DNA of 63,961 nt, the filler included, from Octopus bimaculoides (taxonomy: Eukaryota): NCBI RefSeq assembly GCF_001194135.2. It is 8 parts of 8 records of this genome, joined end to end, with 100 filler letters (N's around TTAATTAATTAA, not from the genome) between each part and the next. Parts side by side here need not be neighbours in the genome. Positions count along the whole stretch, not along the records: positions 1 to 18,163 come from NC_069007.1; positions 18,264 to 34,942 come from NC_068999.1; 6 more parts are not named here. The stretch is one strand, 5' to 3'. Position numbers and translations under genes: made by a program. Shown piece after piece: positions 12,531 to 26,078 of this stretch. Every line of letters begins with the position of its first letter. The stretch's first letter is position 1. The notes below the pieces were generated by a model. It was not told where the DNA came from, searched no databases, and was given only the letters and a program-made list of their open reading frames with translations.

Positions 12531-13572
12531 CCCTTTCTACAAGGCCTGGGGGAGGGAACTAGTCTATTACATCGACCTGTGTTTCACTGGGACTTATTTT
12601 ATCGACCACCGAAATGGCGAAAGGCAAGGTCAACTTCGGTGGCATTTGATATTGTTCAGCATTTTGCCCGGCGTGCCGGCGATTCTGCCATAGGCACAAG
12701 GCTTGAAATTTGGGGAAAAGAATTATATCCGTTACATCGACCCCAGTGCGTAACTGGTACTTATTTAATCGACCCCGAAAAGGATGAAAGGGAAAGTCGA
12801 CCTCGGCGGAATTTGAAATCAGAACGTAAAGCGGACGAAATGCCGCTAAGCATTACACCCTGCGTGCTAACGATTCTGCCAGCACCCTTTCTGTTATAGG
12901 CACAAGGTTTGAAATCTGGGGGGAAGGACGCTAGTGGATCCCATTGACCCCAGTGCTCCACTGGTATTTATTTCATAGACCCCATAAAGATGAACGGTGA
13001 AGTCGACGTCGGCGAAATTCCAACTCGGGACGTGAGGACATATCAAATGCCGCTAATAATAATAATTATAATAATAATAATTACAATAATAATAATTATA
13101 ATAATAATAATGGTTTCAAATTTTGCTACAAGGGCAGCAATCCTGGGACAGGGGATGAGTCGATCACATCGACCGCAGTCTTCTTCACTTATTTTATCGA
13201 ACCCGAACGGATGAAAGGCAAAGTCGACCTCGGCAGCATTTGAACCCAGAACGTACAGATGAGTGAAATACCGCTAAGCATTTCGTCCGGCGTGCTCACG
13301 ATTCTGCCAGTTTGTGGCCCTACTACTACTACTATTGCTACTACTAATAATAATAATGGTTTCAAATTTTGCCACAAGGGCAGCAGTTTTGATGGGAGGG
13401 GATATGTTGATTACATCAACCCCAGTGTTTCACTGGTACTTAATTTATCGACCCCGAAGGGGATGAAAAACAAATACGACTTCGGCGGAATTTGAACTCG
13501 GGACGTAAGGACGGACCAAATACCGCTAAAGCATTTTCTCCAGAGCGCTAACAACTCTGCCAGCTCGCCGCC
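12531..13572 (-). mobile_element. Stack of five head-to-tail SINE family C copies
   Basis: Units at about 12531-12689, 12690-12887, 12888-13056, 13110-13313 and 13354-13572, each with ATCGACCCC...AAAGTCGACCTCGGCGGAATTTGAA. Some are separated by (TAA)/(TAC) tracts. Confidence 0.85.
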
Positions 13573-13641
<69 letters not shown>

Positions 13642-14315
13642 NNNNNNNNNNNNNNNNNNNNNNNNNNNNNNNNNNNNNNNNNNNNNNNNNNNNNNNNNNN
13701 NNNNNNNNNNNNNNNNNNNNNNNNNNNNNNNNNNNNNNNNNNNNNNNNNNNNNNNNNNNNNNNNNNNNNNNNNNNNNNNNNNNNNNNNNNNNNNNNNNNN
13801 NNNNNNNNNNNNNNNNNNNNNNNNNNNNNNNNNNNNNNNNNNNNNNNNNNNNNNNNNNNNNNNNNNNNNNNNNNNNNNNNNNNNNNNNNNNNNNNNNNNN
13901 NNNNNNNNNNNNNNNNNNNNNNNNNNNNNNNNNNNNNNNNNNNNNNNNNNNNNNNNNNNNNNNNNNNNNNNNNNNNNNNNNNNNNNNNNNNNNNNNNNNN
14001 NNNNNNNNNNNNNNNNNNNNNNNNNNNNNNNNNNNNNNNNNNNNNNNNNNNNNNNNNNNNNNNNNNNNNNNNNNNNNNNNNNNNNNNNNNNNNNNNNNNN
14101 NNNNNNNNNNNNNNNNNNNNNNNNNNNNNNNNNNNNNNNNNNNNNNNNNNNNNNNNNNNNNNNNNNNNNNNNNNNNNNNNNNNNNNNNNNNNNNNNNNNN
14201 NNNNNNNNNNNNNNNNNNNNNNNNNNNNNNNNNNNNNNNNNNNNNNNNNNNNNNNNNNNNNNNNNNNNATATATATATATATATATATATATGTGTGTTT
14301 ATACATATACGCACG

Positions 14316-14348
<33 letters not shown>

Positions 14349-14626
14349 TACATACATGCTTACATGAGCATTTTACACAGACATGCATGCATAGATATAT
14401 ACATACATGCATATATATATAAACATGCATGCATATATACACACGTATACAAACATCCATACATGCATACATACATACATACATACATAAGTATACATAT
14501 ATGTACACACATACACATACAAACACATGTCTATACACATACACGTGCGCGCGCACACACAGCAAACATCAGCAAATACACTAACACCGACAACAACAGT
14601 AGCAGTTCGATTTCTACATGAAGTAT

Positions 14627-14649
14627 TTACACCCAGGTGGAGTACGGAA
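14627..14649 (-). CDS. Candidate short terminal exon (xPYSTWV*)
   Basis: A strong acceptor, TTTTCTTCTGTATTTCATTTTTCAG, is followed by tt CCG TAC TCC ACC TGG GTG TAA. No upstream exon was identified. Confidence 0.2.
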
Positions 14650-15829
14650 CTGAAAAATGAAATACAGAAGAAAACGGACAACAAAACAAAAAAACATCAT
14701 CACCAACAACAACAACAAAGAAACTCCCAAGGAGACCCGGAACCCCAACCCTGTTCACTGACCNNNNNNNNNNNNNNNNNNNNNNNNNNNNNNNNNNNNN
14801 NNNNNNNNNNNNNNNNNNNNNNNNNNNNNNNNNNNNNNNNNNNNNNNNNNNNNNNNNNNNNNNNNNNNNNNNNNNNNNNNNNNNNNNNNNNNNNNNNNNN
14901 NNNNNNNNNNNNNNNNNNNNNNNNNNNNNNNNNNNNNNNNNNNNNNNNNNNNNNNNNNNNNNGATTAGTAACACGTACAAGCAAAATACTAAAATTTCCG
15001 CTACAGGAATCATACATAAGTAAGGTTCTTGGATTCTAGAAATTTAAGGACCAGCGAAACCGAAAATGGACCATTTGGTTGTCGTTCTTTTTTTTTTATT
15101 TATTATTATTTTTCTTCTTTTATTTTCCTGTTTTATTTTAGAATCCTTGTTTAGGTATTTTCCTTCCTTGTTTTTCTTGTATAAGAATTCGTCTTCTTGT
15201 TTCTTTGAGGGGGTTATATTCTTCAAATTCTTATTCTTCTTCTTCCAATGTATGTAAACATGTATTCTTTTCTTTTCTTGTTAATTTTCCCTCGTATTTT
15301 GTACAATTCTCGTATAATCCACACTTCTGCAATTTCTTTGCTGGGTATCTTTAAATTAATTTTTCTTTCTTACTTCAATTCGTTTACATTAAAAAAAATA
15401 CACAAAGAATTTTTATCATTTTTCTCCCCTATCTACCTCTTTACATCTCCCTAAACATCTATATATATCTAAATACATCTATGTATATATCTATATCTAT
15501 CTATATCTACAAAAATCTGGGAAATTAAGACTCTAAGAATGTGTTCCGCTTATCTATGTATCTATCTGTATATCTATGTATCTATCTACATATATATTTA
15601 TGTATATGTGTATGTGTACATATACAAATAAATATTTTTCTATATAGCTATATATGTTTTTCTAACTATCTATGTTTCCATCTAAAGGTGTAGTCTAGTT
15701 GGTTATAAATGCATGTAATATGTAACTATCTATCTATCGTTCTCTGTACTTTCTGTCTATTCGTCCGTTCGTCCGACTAAACTATCTCTCCGTCTATCTA
15801 CTTTATAGTGTCTTTTCCCTGATTCTCTA

Positions 15830-15920
15830 GCTCTTCTCTCTCTCACTCTACCTCTCACTATGTCTCTATCTATCTCCTATCTCTCTCACTCTACCTCTCA
15901 TTATGTCTTATATCTATCTC

Positions 15921-15976
<56 letters not shown>

Positions 15977-16340
15977 CTCTCTCGCGCGCCTATACTCCTC
16001 ACACACGTACACATCCTTCTTGTCTTTCTTCTTTCTTCTGTCACTCTCTCTCTCTGTCTTTCTCTCTTTCACACATCCTTCCTACCTTCTTCCCTTCTTC
16101 TCTCACTCTCTCACTCTATCTCACACACATGCGCACCCTTTCTAAATTTTCCTCCTTTCTTGTCTCTTTCTTTCTTTCACAAACTCACACACACACGCGC
16201 GCGCGGTCACACACACACACATACCCATCCTTTATATCTTCCCCTTTATTCTCTCTTTCTTTTCTTTCTCTCTCTCTCTCTTTCACAAACATACAAACAC
16301 GCACTCACACATACATACCAGTCCTTTATATCTCACCCTT

Positions 16341-16376
<36 letters not shown>

Positions 16377-17142
16377 TCACTCTGCCTTCCTCCTTCCTCT
16401 CCTCATTCTCAACTATCTCCTCCCTCCTCCTCTTTCACTCTCTCTCTCTTTCTCTCTCAATCTCTAAGTTTATCTTTATTTCACACCGACTCTCTCTATC
16501 TCTCTCCCTCTCTGCTATTCTATCTCCCTATCTCCCTCTATCTGACTCTCTTCCACCGTATCTCTCCTTCCCTTCCTCTGTGATTCTCTCTCTACCCACT
16601 CTCTCTTTCTCTCTCATTCTCTTTCTCTCTCTTCTCCCCTCTCTCCATCGCTCTCACTCACCTTCTCTCTCAGTACAGTTGTCCTAACTTTTCAAACACT
16701 TCCACCTTATCTACCTTACAATATCTGATCCTCATACCATCACTCTCTCATCTTCCTCCCTCTCTCTCACTCTTCTTTTCTCTCCTTATTACCCCCTTGC
16801 TTTCTCTCTCTTTTCCTCACTCCCTCCCTTTCTCGCATTGAATTACTGCCTCTTACTTTTCAGCCTCTCTCTTTATCTCATTCTTTCTCCATTTCCTCTG
16901 ACTCACTTTCTCATTCGCTGATTCACTCTTTCTCTCTCTCTCTCTGACTGTCCCCTCTCTACTCCCTTACTCTCTCATTTTGTCCCCAACCCCTCTCTTA
17001 TTCACAATCTGCCTCACTTAAACTCTGTCTTTCTATTGCCACTTCTCTTATTCTCTGACTATCTGTTTCTCTCTCTCTCTTGGTCTCTTACTTTCTCTGT
17101 CTCTTTCTCTTATTCTCTCACGTTCTCTTCTTCATTTTCTCT

Positions 17143-17189
<47 letters not shown>
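15830..17189 (+). repeat. About 1.35-kb pyrimidine-rich (CT) low-complexity tract
   Basis: The + strand is overwhelmingly C/T, with (CT)n cores and only short CA-rich interruptions. Confidence 0.9.
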
Positions 17190-17690
17190 NNNNNNNNNNN
17201 NNNNNNNNNNNNNNNNNNNNNNNNNNNNNNNNNNNNNNNNNNNNNNNNNNNNNNNNNNNNNNNNNNNNNNNNNNNNNNNNNNNNNNNNNNNNNNNNNNNN
17301 NNNNNNNNNNNNNNNNNNNNNNNNNNNNNNNNNNNNNNNNNNNNNNNNNNNNNNNNNNNNNNNNNNNNNNNNNNNNNNNNNNNNNNNNNNNNNNNNNNNN
17401 NNNNNNNNNNNNNNNNNNNNNNNNNNNNNNNNNNNNNNNNNNNNNNNNNNNNNNNNNNNNNNNNNNNNNNNNNNNNNNNNNNNNNNNNNNNNNNNNNNNN
17501 NNNNNNNNNNNNNNNNNNNNNNNNNNNNNNNNNNNNNNNNNNNNNNNNNNNNNNNNNNNNNNNNNNNNNNNNNNNNNNNNNNNNNNAGTGAAAAAAAAAA
17601 CACGGGCATAAACGGACACGTAAATATAAACATCAATTTCTCTCCGTCTATACACATACACACACACACACACACATACACACACACACA

Positions 17691-17728
<38 letters not shown>

Positions 17729-18163
17729 TGCACACACACATATGCACAAGCATACACAGGTGTACACGCACATACTCAAACAGACACACACATATACATA
17801 CTCGTGCACACACAAACACACAGCGAAAAAATAGAGCATACACAGGCATATTCACTACAGAAATACACATGTACAAACACATGCACACACACAGAATACA
17901 CACATACAAAAACAGGACAGGAGATTTCCCACTTCAACAGGAAATATTTTCCTTAATAGCAGTCACAGATATACAACACACACACACACACACACACGTA
18001 TAGTCATACATACATTATATACATACACTCACGAAATCGTGAATACATACAGATAAATGAACACAGACGTACACATTTGCATACATACATACATACATAC
18101 ATACATACATACATACATGTATATGTGTATTCCTATATGAACTCATGTATACTTGTGTAGATG

Positions 18164-18263
18164 NNNNNNNNNNNNNNNNNNNNNNNNNNNNNNNNNNNNN
18201 NNNNNNNTTAATTAATTAANNNNNNNNNNNNNNNNNNNNNNNNNNNNNNNNNNNNNNNNNNNN
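18164..18263. other. Artificial scaffold-joining spacer 1
   Basis: 44 N + TTAATTAATTAA (18208-18219, stop codons in all six frames) + 44 N. Confidence 0.95.
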
Positions 18264-18307
<44 letters not shown>

Positions 18308-18469
18308 AAATAAAGATATATATATGTACCACTTCGGTGATTGTGTACCGATTGCATTCCCGAGCACAGCAATTCAGTTGTTTGAATGATGTCATACATG
18401 TTTGTACTGTAGCATAGTGCGAGTCGCTCCAACGTAGTGTTTCCCAACAAGAACAGCGACATGTGAGCA

Positions 18470-19140
18470 AGGGGAGCCTGTACGTGGCTAGAAATAGCAG
18501 CCAAATAGACATTTCTCCGTCCTCTGCCTTCCTCACGCCACACTGTTGGATAATGTTGCCCATTTTGGAATCCCTGCATGCACTGGAGTGAAAGGTGGGA
18601 TTGTCACAACTGGAAGATTGACCTGGAGCTAAACAGCAAAAGTAACAAACAGAGAAAGAGAGAGAGAGAGATAGACAGACAGACGGCTTCTACATGGTTG
18701 CTTGTCATGCTAGAAATAGCAGCTAAGATTTCTCTGAGCACACTCGACGCGGACATTGGATAATGAAGTCCAGCATATGGTGCTGAACAACAATGGCAGC
18801 AAGCTAAGAGAGAAAGCCTCTGTGTGGTCATTCTACGTGCTAGCAACAGCAGTCAGATCCTCTCTAAAATGACACTAACATTGGATAATGAAGTCCAGCT
18901 TATGGTGCTTAAGCAGTGACAATGGCAACAGTAACAATGCAAGAGATAAAATGCTAGAAATAGCAGCCGGGTCCTCTCTACCATCAGATTGGATAATGTA
19001 GTTCAACGACAATGACTGATTGTTAGAAGCCAAGGGCTAGGAAGCCTCTATGTGGTCGCTCGACCTGCAAGAAATACCAGCCACGTCTCTTCTATAACTA
19101 CATTCTACTGTCACATTTGATGATGTACTCCAGGCTATAC
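18470..19140 (+). repeat. Five degenerate tandem copies of a 100-150-bp dispersed repeat
   Basis: Recurrent GCCTCT.TGTGGTC...GCTAGAAATAGCAGC...TTGGATAATG. Solo copies lie near 12235, 21890 (-), 22635 and 30300. Confidence 0.75.
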
Positions 19141-19974
19141 AATTCCTGGTGGTGGTGGGAGGGGCACGGAATGATAAACGGAAAAAACAAAAAAAAAACA
19201 GGATGGATGGTCATAGCTTGAATATCAATTTATCATTCTTTTACTACTCCATCAGCCTGGGGGCTAAACCTAGGGCTATACATCACCACCACCACCACCA
19301 CCACCACCCTCATGAGGTTCTATGTACTTCGGTACATGTGTACCAATTACGTCTCTCACAGTTGCTAGTCGTGTGATTCCATACTACTCTGCTGTAGCGT
19401 ATGGATAATTACATCACCACAGTGTGTCCCCAGCAGCATCAGCGGCACCTGAAGTAGCAGTAGCAGCAGCAGCAGCAGCTGTGATGTCTGTGTGTGTGTG
19501 TGTGTGTGTGTCTGTATGTATGTCATATATATNNNNNNNNNNGTGTGTGTGTGTGTGTGTGTGTCTGTATGTATGTCATATATATATATATATATATATA
19601 TATAGCCTTTTGGAATGAATCTGTGTAACCATATGTGTGTGTGTGTTTGTGTGTGTGTGGTCTTTTTTGTGTGTGTTTGCTTGTGTGTATGCCGGCCTAT
19701 TGATGTGTGTAGGTGCATGTTCTTCTGTGTACCTGTCTGTCTCTGTGTATGTATGTATATATATATATATATATATATATCTGTGTGCATATATGTATTT
19801 CCTTTTACATATACGAGTGTGTTACCTTCTACATGTGTGTGTGTGTTTTCTCTTGTGTATGTCTGTGTGAATGTGTGTGTGTGTGTGTGTGTGTTCGATA
19901 TGCATGCTTGCATCTCTGTATGTGTGTGTATCTGTGTTCATATGCATGCTTGCATGTGTGTGCTTCCTCCTGTG

Positions 19975-20009
<35 letters not shown>

Positions 20010-20237
20010 TTCCTCTTACATATGTATATATTACGTTTGATATTCATGTTCGCATTTGTATATATGCATGTGTGTGTGTGTTCTCTTATGTGTGTGCATA
20101 TCAGTATATTTGACATGCATGCTTGTATCAGTGTGCATGTGTATGCATGTGTTTCCTCCTACACACACACACACACACATATAAATATATATATGCATCT
20201 TCCTGTATGTCTTTGTGTATTTCCTCCTACGTGTGTG

Positions 20238-20280
<43 letters not shown>

Positions 20281-20290
20281 NNNNNNNNNN

Positions 20291-20326
<36 letters not shown>

Positions 20327-20608
20327 TATAAGTGTGTATGATGTACGTTTGATTCTGTGTGCACGAGGGTTTTCTCCTATCTCTGTGTGCCAGTGTGCAT
20401 TTCCTTCTATATATGCGTGCGATGTGCAAGTTCACATTTGAGTGTGTATGCACGCACGCACACATGTTCCTGATTTCAATGCAGCAAATGGTAAAATGTA
20501 AAATGATTACTGCGAAAAATATTCTTTCATTACTCCCATGCATGCACGCACACACACGAATGCACCAACCATTCAAGCACAAACACACACAGAACTACAT
20601 ATAAACCA

Positions 20609-20651
<43 letters not shown>

Positions 20652-20984
20652 ACACACTCACTCGCTCATTCAAAGCCTCTTCAGAAGTTGTTAATTAAGG
20701 TGACAGAGGGTACCTATTGTCACAATGACTTCTTTATATTTTTGACCAAAAGACCAAAGAAGAGAAAAGACAATCTTTTCTTTTTATATTTCTTTTCGTT
20801 TTGTTATTGTTGTTTTTTTTTGTTTTTTTTTTGTTTTTGTTTTTGTTCATTTCTTTTGTTCTCTCCAGTAAGACTTGTTTAATGAAAGTCTGCCCACTAG
20901 GCAGTCTGTCCAAATATGTTAATGGTTCTTCTAATCAGATGCCCTTTTTATTAATAATAATGTTAATGATGATCATAATGGTTT

Positions 20985-21130
20985 CGAATTTTGCCACAAG
21001 GGTAGCCATTTTGAGAGCGCGGCCAGGGCTAGTCAATTATATCAATCCCCAGTGTGTCACTGGTACTCATTTCATCGACCCTGAAGCAATGAAAGGCAAA
21101 GTCAGCCTTGGCGGAATTTGAACTCGGAAC
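20985..21130 (-). mobile_element. SINE family C fragment
   Basis: GGTTTCGAATTTTGCCACAAGGG...GGCAAAGTCAGCCTTGGCGGAATTTGAACTC. Confidence 0.75.
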
Positions 21131-21149
21131 AAAAACACACACATATATA

Positions 21150-21321
21150 TTCTTTTACTTGTTTCAATCATTTAACTGTGGCCATGCTGCAGCACTGCCT
21201 TTTAATCGAACAAATTAACCACAGGTTTTAATCTTTGTTAGCCTAGTACTTATTCTGTCAGTCTCTTTTGCTGAACCGCTAAGTTATGGGGACGTGAACA
21301 CACCAACATCANNNNNNNNNN

Positions 21322-21365
<44 letters not shown>

Positions 21366-21835
21366 ACAAGCTTCTTTCAGTTTCCATCTACCATATCCAC
21401 TCACAAGGCTTTGGTCACCACAATGCTGTAGTAGAAAACACTTGCCCAAGGTGCCACGCAGTGGGACTGAACCTGGAACCATGTCCACTACTGCCACTTG
21501 ACAACCAGTGTTGATGTGTTTATGTTACTGTAACTTAGCAGTTTGGCAAAAGAGACCCATAGGATCAATTCACGCAATCACAATTCTACAAGGCACTGCT
21601 CCAGCATGGCCGCAGTCAAACGACTGAAACAAGTGAAAGATAATAATGATGGGGGACAAACACATTTACTCACACATACAACGGGCTTCTTTCAGTTTCC
21701 ATCTACCAAATCCACTCACGAGGGTTCGATCTGCCTGAGGTCATAATAGCAAACATGTGCCCAAGGTGCCACGCAGTGGAACTGAACCCGGAACCATGTG
21801 GTCGGGAAGCGAACTTCTTACCACACAGCCATGTC
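21150..21835. mobile_element. Cluster of three SINE family A fragments in mixed orientation
   Basis: About 21150-21490 (-), 21490-21620 (+, tail) and 21640-21835 (-). Confidence 0.7.
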
Positions 21836-22389
21836 CGAAGTATCAGTAATCCCTTCCTTTTTAAATCAGTAGAATGTGATCTAAGTGGAAACGGACTGCT
21901 ATATCTAGCAAGGTCTGTTGACCTCAGAGGAGCTTCCTCATTGATTCAGGTTTTCACCTTGCTGGTATTGGTATCGAGCCTGGTCATTAAAATCATATCG
22001 GTCAGTCTCACCCCCACCCCCACCCCACTGCCTGAAGGTTGCATCCTGTAAAGCTTGCAGCCACTGCTCCCCCCTCCCCCCTCTCTCTCTCTCTCTCTCT
22101 CTCATATCAAAACAAGCCAGAAAGATACCAAGATGTCCCTGCAGATTTCTTAAAGATAGACCAGTTCTGCTGATATAAAGTATCGATTGGCCTTGCTTCT
22201 TATCTTAAAACTTTGTTTCTCACCGCCAGCTCTTTTGGTTGCCGTCATCAGCAATGGCATCATCATCATCATCATCATTATTATCATTGCCACCATCACC
22301 ACCCCCGAATCATCATCTTTTTCATGCACCAATGGGAGAGCCTCTGTGCGGTCATGTGACTTGTATTAGTTTCTCCTGGTGAAATATTC

Positions 22390-22530
22390 TTTTCTACTCT
22401 AGGTACAAGGCAAGGCCTGAATTTTTTTTGCGGGGGCAGCCCAGTCGATTAGATCGACCCCAGTACACCACTGGTACTTAATTTATTGACCCCCGAAAGG
22501 ATGAAAGGCAAAGTCAACCTCGGCAGGTCC
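22390..22530 (-). mobile_element. SINE family C fragment
   Basis: CTTTTCTACTCTAGGTACAAGG...GATCGACCCCAGTAC...GGATGAAAGGCAAAGTCAACCTCGGC. Confidence 0.75.
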
Positions 22531-24044
22531 TTGTAAAATATTCTATGAAAAGACAGTTTGTTCATAGGTCATTGCCATCATCATGGATTGCTACCACCTC
22601 CAAGCTCATCATGCTTCTTATGGCTCAGATAGATGACCTCTATGTGGTTACTTGACTTCCTAGAAACGGCAGCCAGATTACCATCAAATTACCATCACCC
22701 ACCCTGCCCCACTCCCACTCCTAATATCTTGAAACTAGAAAGGACACCTTGGACAACGTGCTCCTAGTTGCCTGGTAAAAGCACCAGATTCGACTGCAAT
22801 TTTTCAAAGCTGTGCTCCAGCATGGCCACAGGCCAGTGGCTGAAATCGATAAAAGAATCTAGGAAGTCCTGATTTCAGTAGTTTCTCCGATACAGGAGAT
22901 ACAGACTCAAGCAAACCAATGTTCCGAAACCTGTGGTACCTAATTTTTTTGTCCTACACCACCACTTGACAACTGGTGTTGGTATGTTTGCATCTCTGTA
23001 ACCTAGCAATTCAGCAAAAGAGACTGATAGAATAAGTACCAGGCTTCAAGAAAAAATGGAAAATTCTTCCACGTGGTTGCAGTTCAATGAGTGAAATGAA
23101 TAAAACATTAAAGAATAAATGATAAAAGATTCTAAGATTGTAGGGTTTGATTTTGGAGGGAGAGGCTTAGGTGCTGTTTCTAGCAGGCTGTGCTGCCATA
23201 CATAAGCACTCTCTCTATTTCTCTCCCTCTCTCTATGTTGGGTCCAGCCAGTAACTGTGCTGGTGGTGGTGGTGGTGGTGGTAGATTTTGTAATGGTGGG
23301 GATGATGGTGGCAGTGGAACAAAACAATGATAATGATCCACGATAGAAAATAAAACACCTGTTGGTGTTTTTGAGTTGCGCAATCATCATCATCATCATC
23401 ATCATCTTCGTCATACCCATCACCACCGCTACCATCTTTGCCACCACCACCACCACCATCATCATCAACATCATCATCAACTTCATTTCATGTGTTCTGT
23501 TAGATATTTGATCTTGGTGTATGTTTTGGTGGTGAGGGAGAGGGTGGGTAGTTTTTATTTTTGGTTTTTTGGTGTTTTTTTAATATTTTGCTTTATATTT
23601 CTATTTATGCTTATTATTATTATTATCATCATTATTATTATTATTATTATTATTATCTGTCTATCGTTTTAGAGATAATGGTAAGTTAGGTAATAGCCAT
23701 TATCTTGGCTTACCTCACTACAAAGCAAATCACAAGAAACTGGAACAACCTCCCCCCCCCAAAAAAAAGACAAGATGTATTACATTATATACACACCCAC
23801 ATGTGTGTACATGTGATTCTGTGTAGCTATCTATATATGTGTTTGTGTATGCTTGTGTGTGTGTGTATATATATATATAATATATATACACATATATATA
23901 TATATGTATTTATGTATGTTGGAACCCAGCCATAATGATTGATAATATGTATGTATATATCTCCATATTCAGTGATGTGTATGTGTCTCTGTGTGTCTCT
24001 GTGTGTGTCTGTGTGGAGATAGGTAGATAGATATAGATTTATAT

Positions 24045-24110
<66 letters not shown>

Positions 24111-24350
24111 CATTGTGTATAGGTACATATTTATGTATGTGTCTGTATGTAGGTGTGTGTGTGTGTGTGCGTGCTTGTGTATATATGTGTGCGTATGTTG
24201 TCTATATTCAAACACACCCACACACACATGTAGATGCTCAAGTGTGAATACGATAGCTAATCTTGAATGGTAAGAGGCAAAAACTGGCTTCCATAGATCT
24301 GACATTTAACACAAACTTTGACAAGATTTTCTTTAACATATATATATATG

Positions 24351-24398
<48 letters not shown>

Positions 24399-24439
24399 GA
24401 ATGTATGTATGTGTATGTATATATATATGAGTGTATATA

Positions 24440-24471
<32 letters not shown>

Positions 24472-25899
24472 TATATATATATATATGAGTGTATGTATGT
24501 GTGTATATATATATGTGTGTGTGCGTATATGTATATATATATATACGAGTGTTTGTATGTGTGTATATGTGTATGTATGTATGTGTATGTATGTGTGTGT
24601 NNNNNNNNNNNNNNNNNNNNNNNNNNNNNNNNNNNNNNNNNNNNNNNNNNNNNNNNNNNNNNNNNNNNNNNNNNNNNNNNNNNNNNNNNNNNNNNNNNNN
24701 NNNNNNNNNNNNNNNNNNNNNNNNNNNNNNNNNNNNNNNNNNNNNNNNNNNNNNNNNNNNNNNNNNNNNNNNNNNNNNNNNNNNNNNNNNNNNNNNNNNN
24801 NNNNNNNNNNNNNNNNNNNNNNNNNNNNNNNNNNNNNNNNNNNNNNNNNNNNNNNNNNNNNNNNNNNNNNNNNNNNNNNNNNNNNNNNNNNNNNNNNNNN
24901 NNNNNNNNNNNNNNNNNNNNNNNNNNNNNNNNNNNNNNNNNNNNNNNNNNNNNNNNNNNNNNNNNNNNNNNNNNNNNNNNNNNNNNNNNNNNNNNNNNNN
25001 NNNNNNNNNNNNNNNNNNNNNNNNNNNNNNNNNNNNNNNNNNNNNNNNNNNNNNNNNNNNNNNNNNNNNNNNNNNNNNNNNNNNNNNNNNNNNNNNNNNN
25101 NNNNNNNNNNNNNNNNNNNNNNNNNNNNNNNNNNNNNNNNNNNNNNNNNNNNNNNNNNNNNNNNNNNNNNNNNNNNNNNNNNNNNNNNNNNNNNNNNNNN
25201 NNNNNNNNNNNNNNNNNNNNNNNNNNNNNNNNNNNNNNNNNNNNNNNNNNNNNNNNNNNNNNNNNNNNNNNNNNNNNNNNNNNNNNNNNNNNNNNNNNNN
25301 NNNNNNNNNNNNNNTACATATATAGATGTGTGTGTGTGTGTGTGTGTGTGTATGAATGTGGGGTGTATATATGTTTGTATATATATATATATATATGTAT
25401 GTATGGGGAATGTATATATGTATGTATATATATATATGTATGTATGTGTGTCTGTATATATATATGTATGCATGTGTGTGTGTCCATAGATATATGTATT
25501 TGTGCGTGTCTGTGGATATATATATATGTATGTATGTACATGTGCGTGTGTCTGTGGATATATATATGTATATATATGTGTGTGTGTGTGTGGATATATA
25601 TGTGTGTATATATATTTATGTATACATGTGTTTGAATATATACATATGTGTATATATATCTATCTGTGTGGTGTGGTGGGGTGAATGAAGATAGCAATCA
25701 TGTTTGTATTTGTGGTCCTTTTAGTCTTTTACCATTCTCAGTAATTGGTAAAAAGGCCATTCAGGGGTTCTCTCATTAAGGGCCTAGAGGATTGTATAAA
25801 CCCCCGATTTTGCCTGGTGGAAACCCACAGCATAACATCTCTCACAAGTGCGATATGTCTTGGCAACATTAACCTTATCATCATCTGAATCATTGTTTG

Positions 25900-26078
25900 A
25901 ATCTTCGCTTTTCCATTCTTGCATGGGTTGGACGGTGGGGGGGTGGTCTATCGAGGTAGATTTTCTACAGCTGGATGCCCTTCCTGTCATCAACCCTCGC
26001 TTGTTTCCAAGGGAGGTAATATTTCCCCCATCATGGCCAGACATGCTTTCTCAACATACTGGAAACAAATGACCCTGT
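25900..26078 (-). mobile_element. RTE-type 3' tail fragment
   Basis: Reverse of GGAAGGGCATCCAGCTGTAGAAA...CCGTCCAACCCATGCAAGAATGGAAA. Similar tails occur near 27500, 28380, 35260 and 36960-37175. Confidence 0.6.

Noticed and set aside
12531-13572. CRISPR-like or satellite array
   Set aside because: The units are 160-220-bp diverged SINE copies, not short identical repeats with unique spacers, and the DNA is eukaryotic.
15044-15454. Lys/Glu-rich or hydrophobic ORFs in AT-rich sequence
   Set aside because: Compositional bias, stops in every frame and no recognisable motif. It may be a very old element but I cannot support that.
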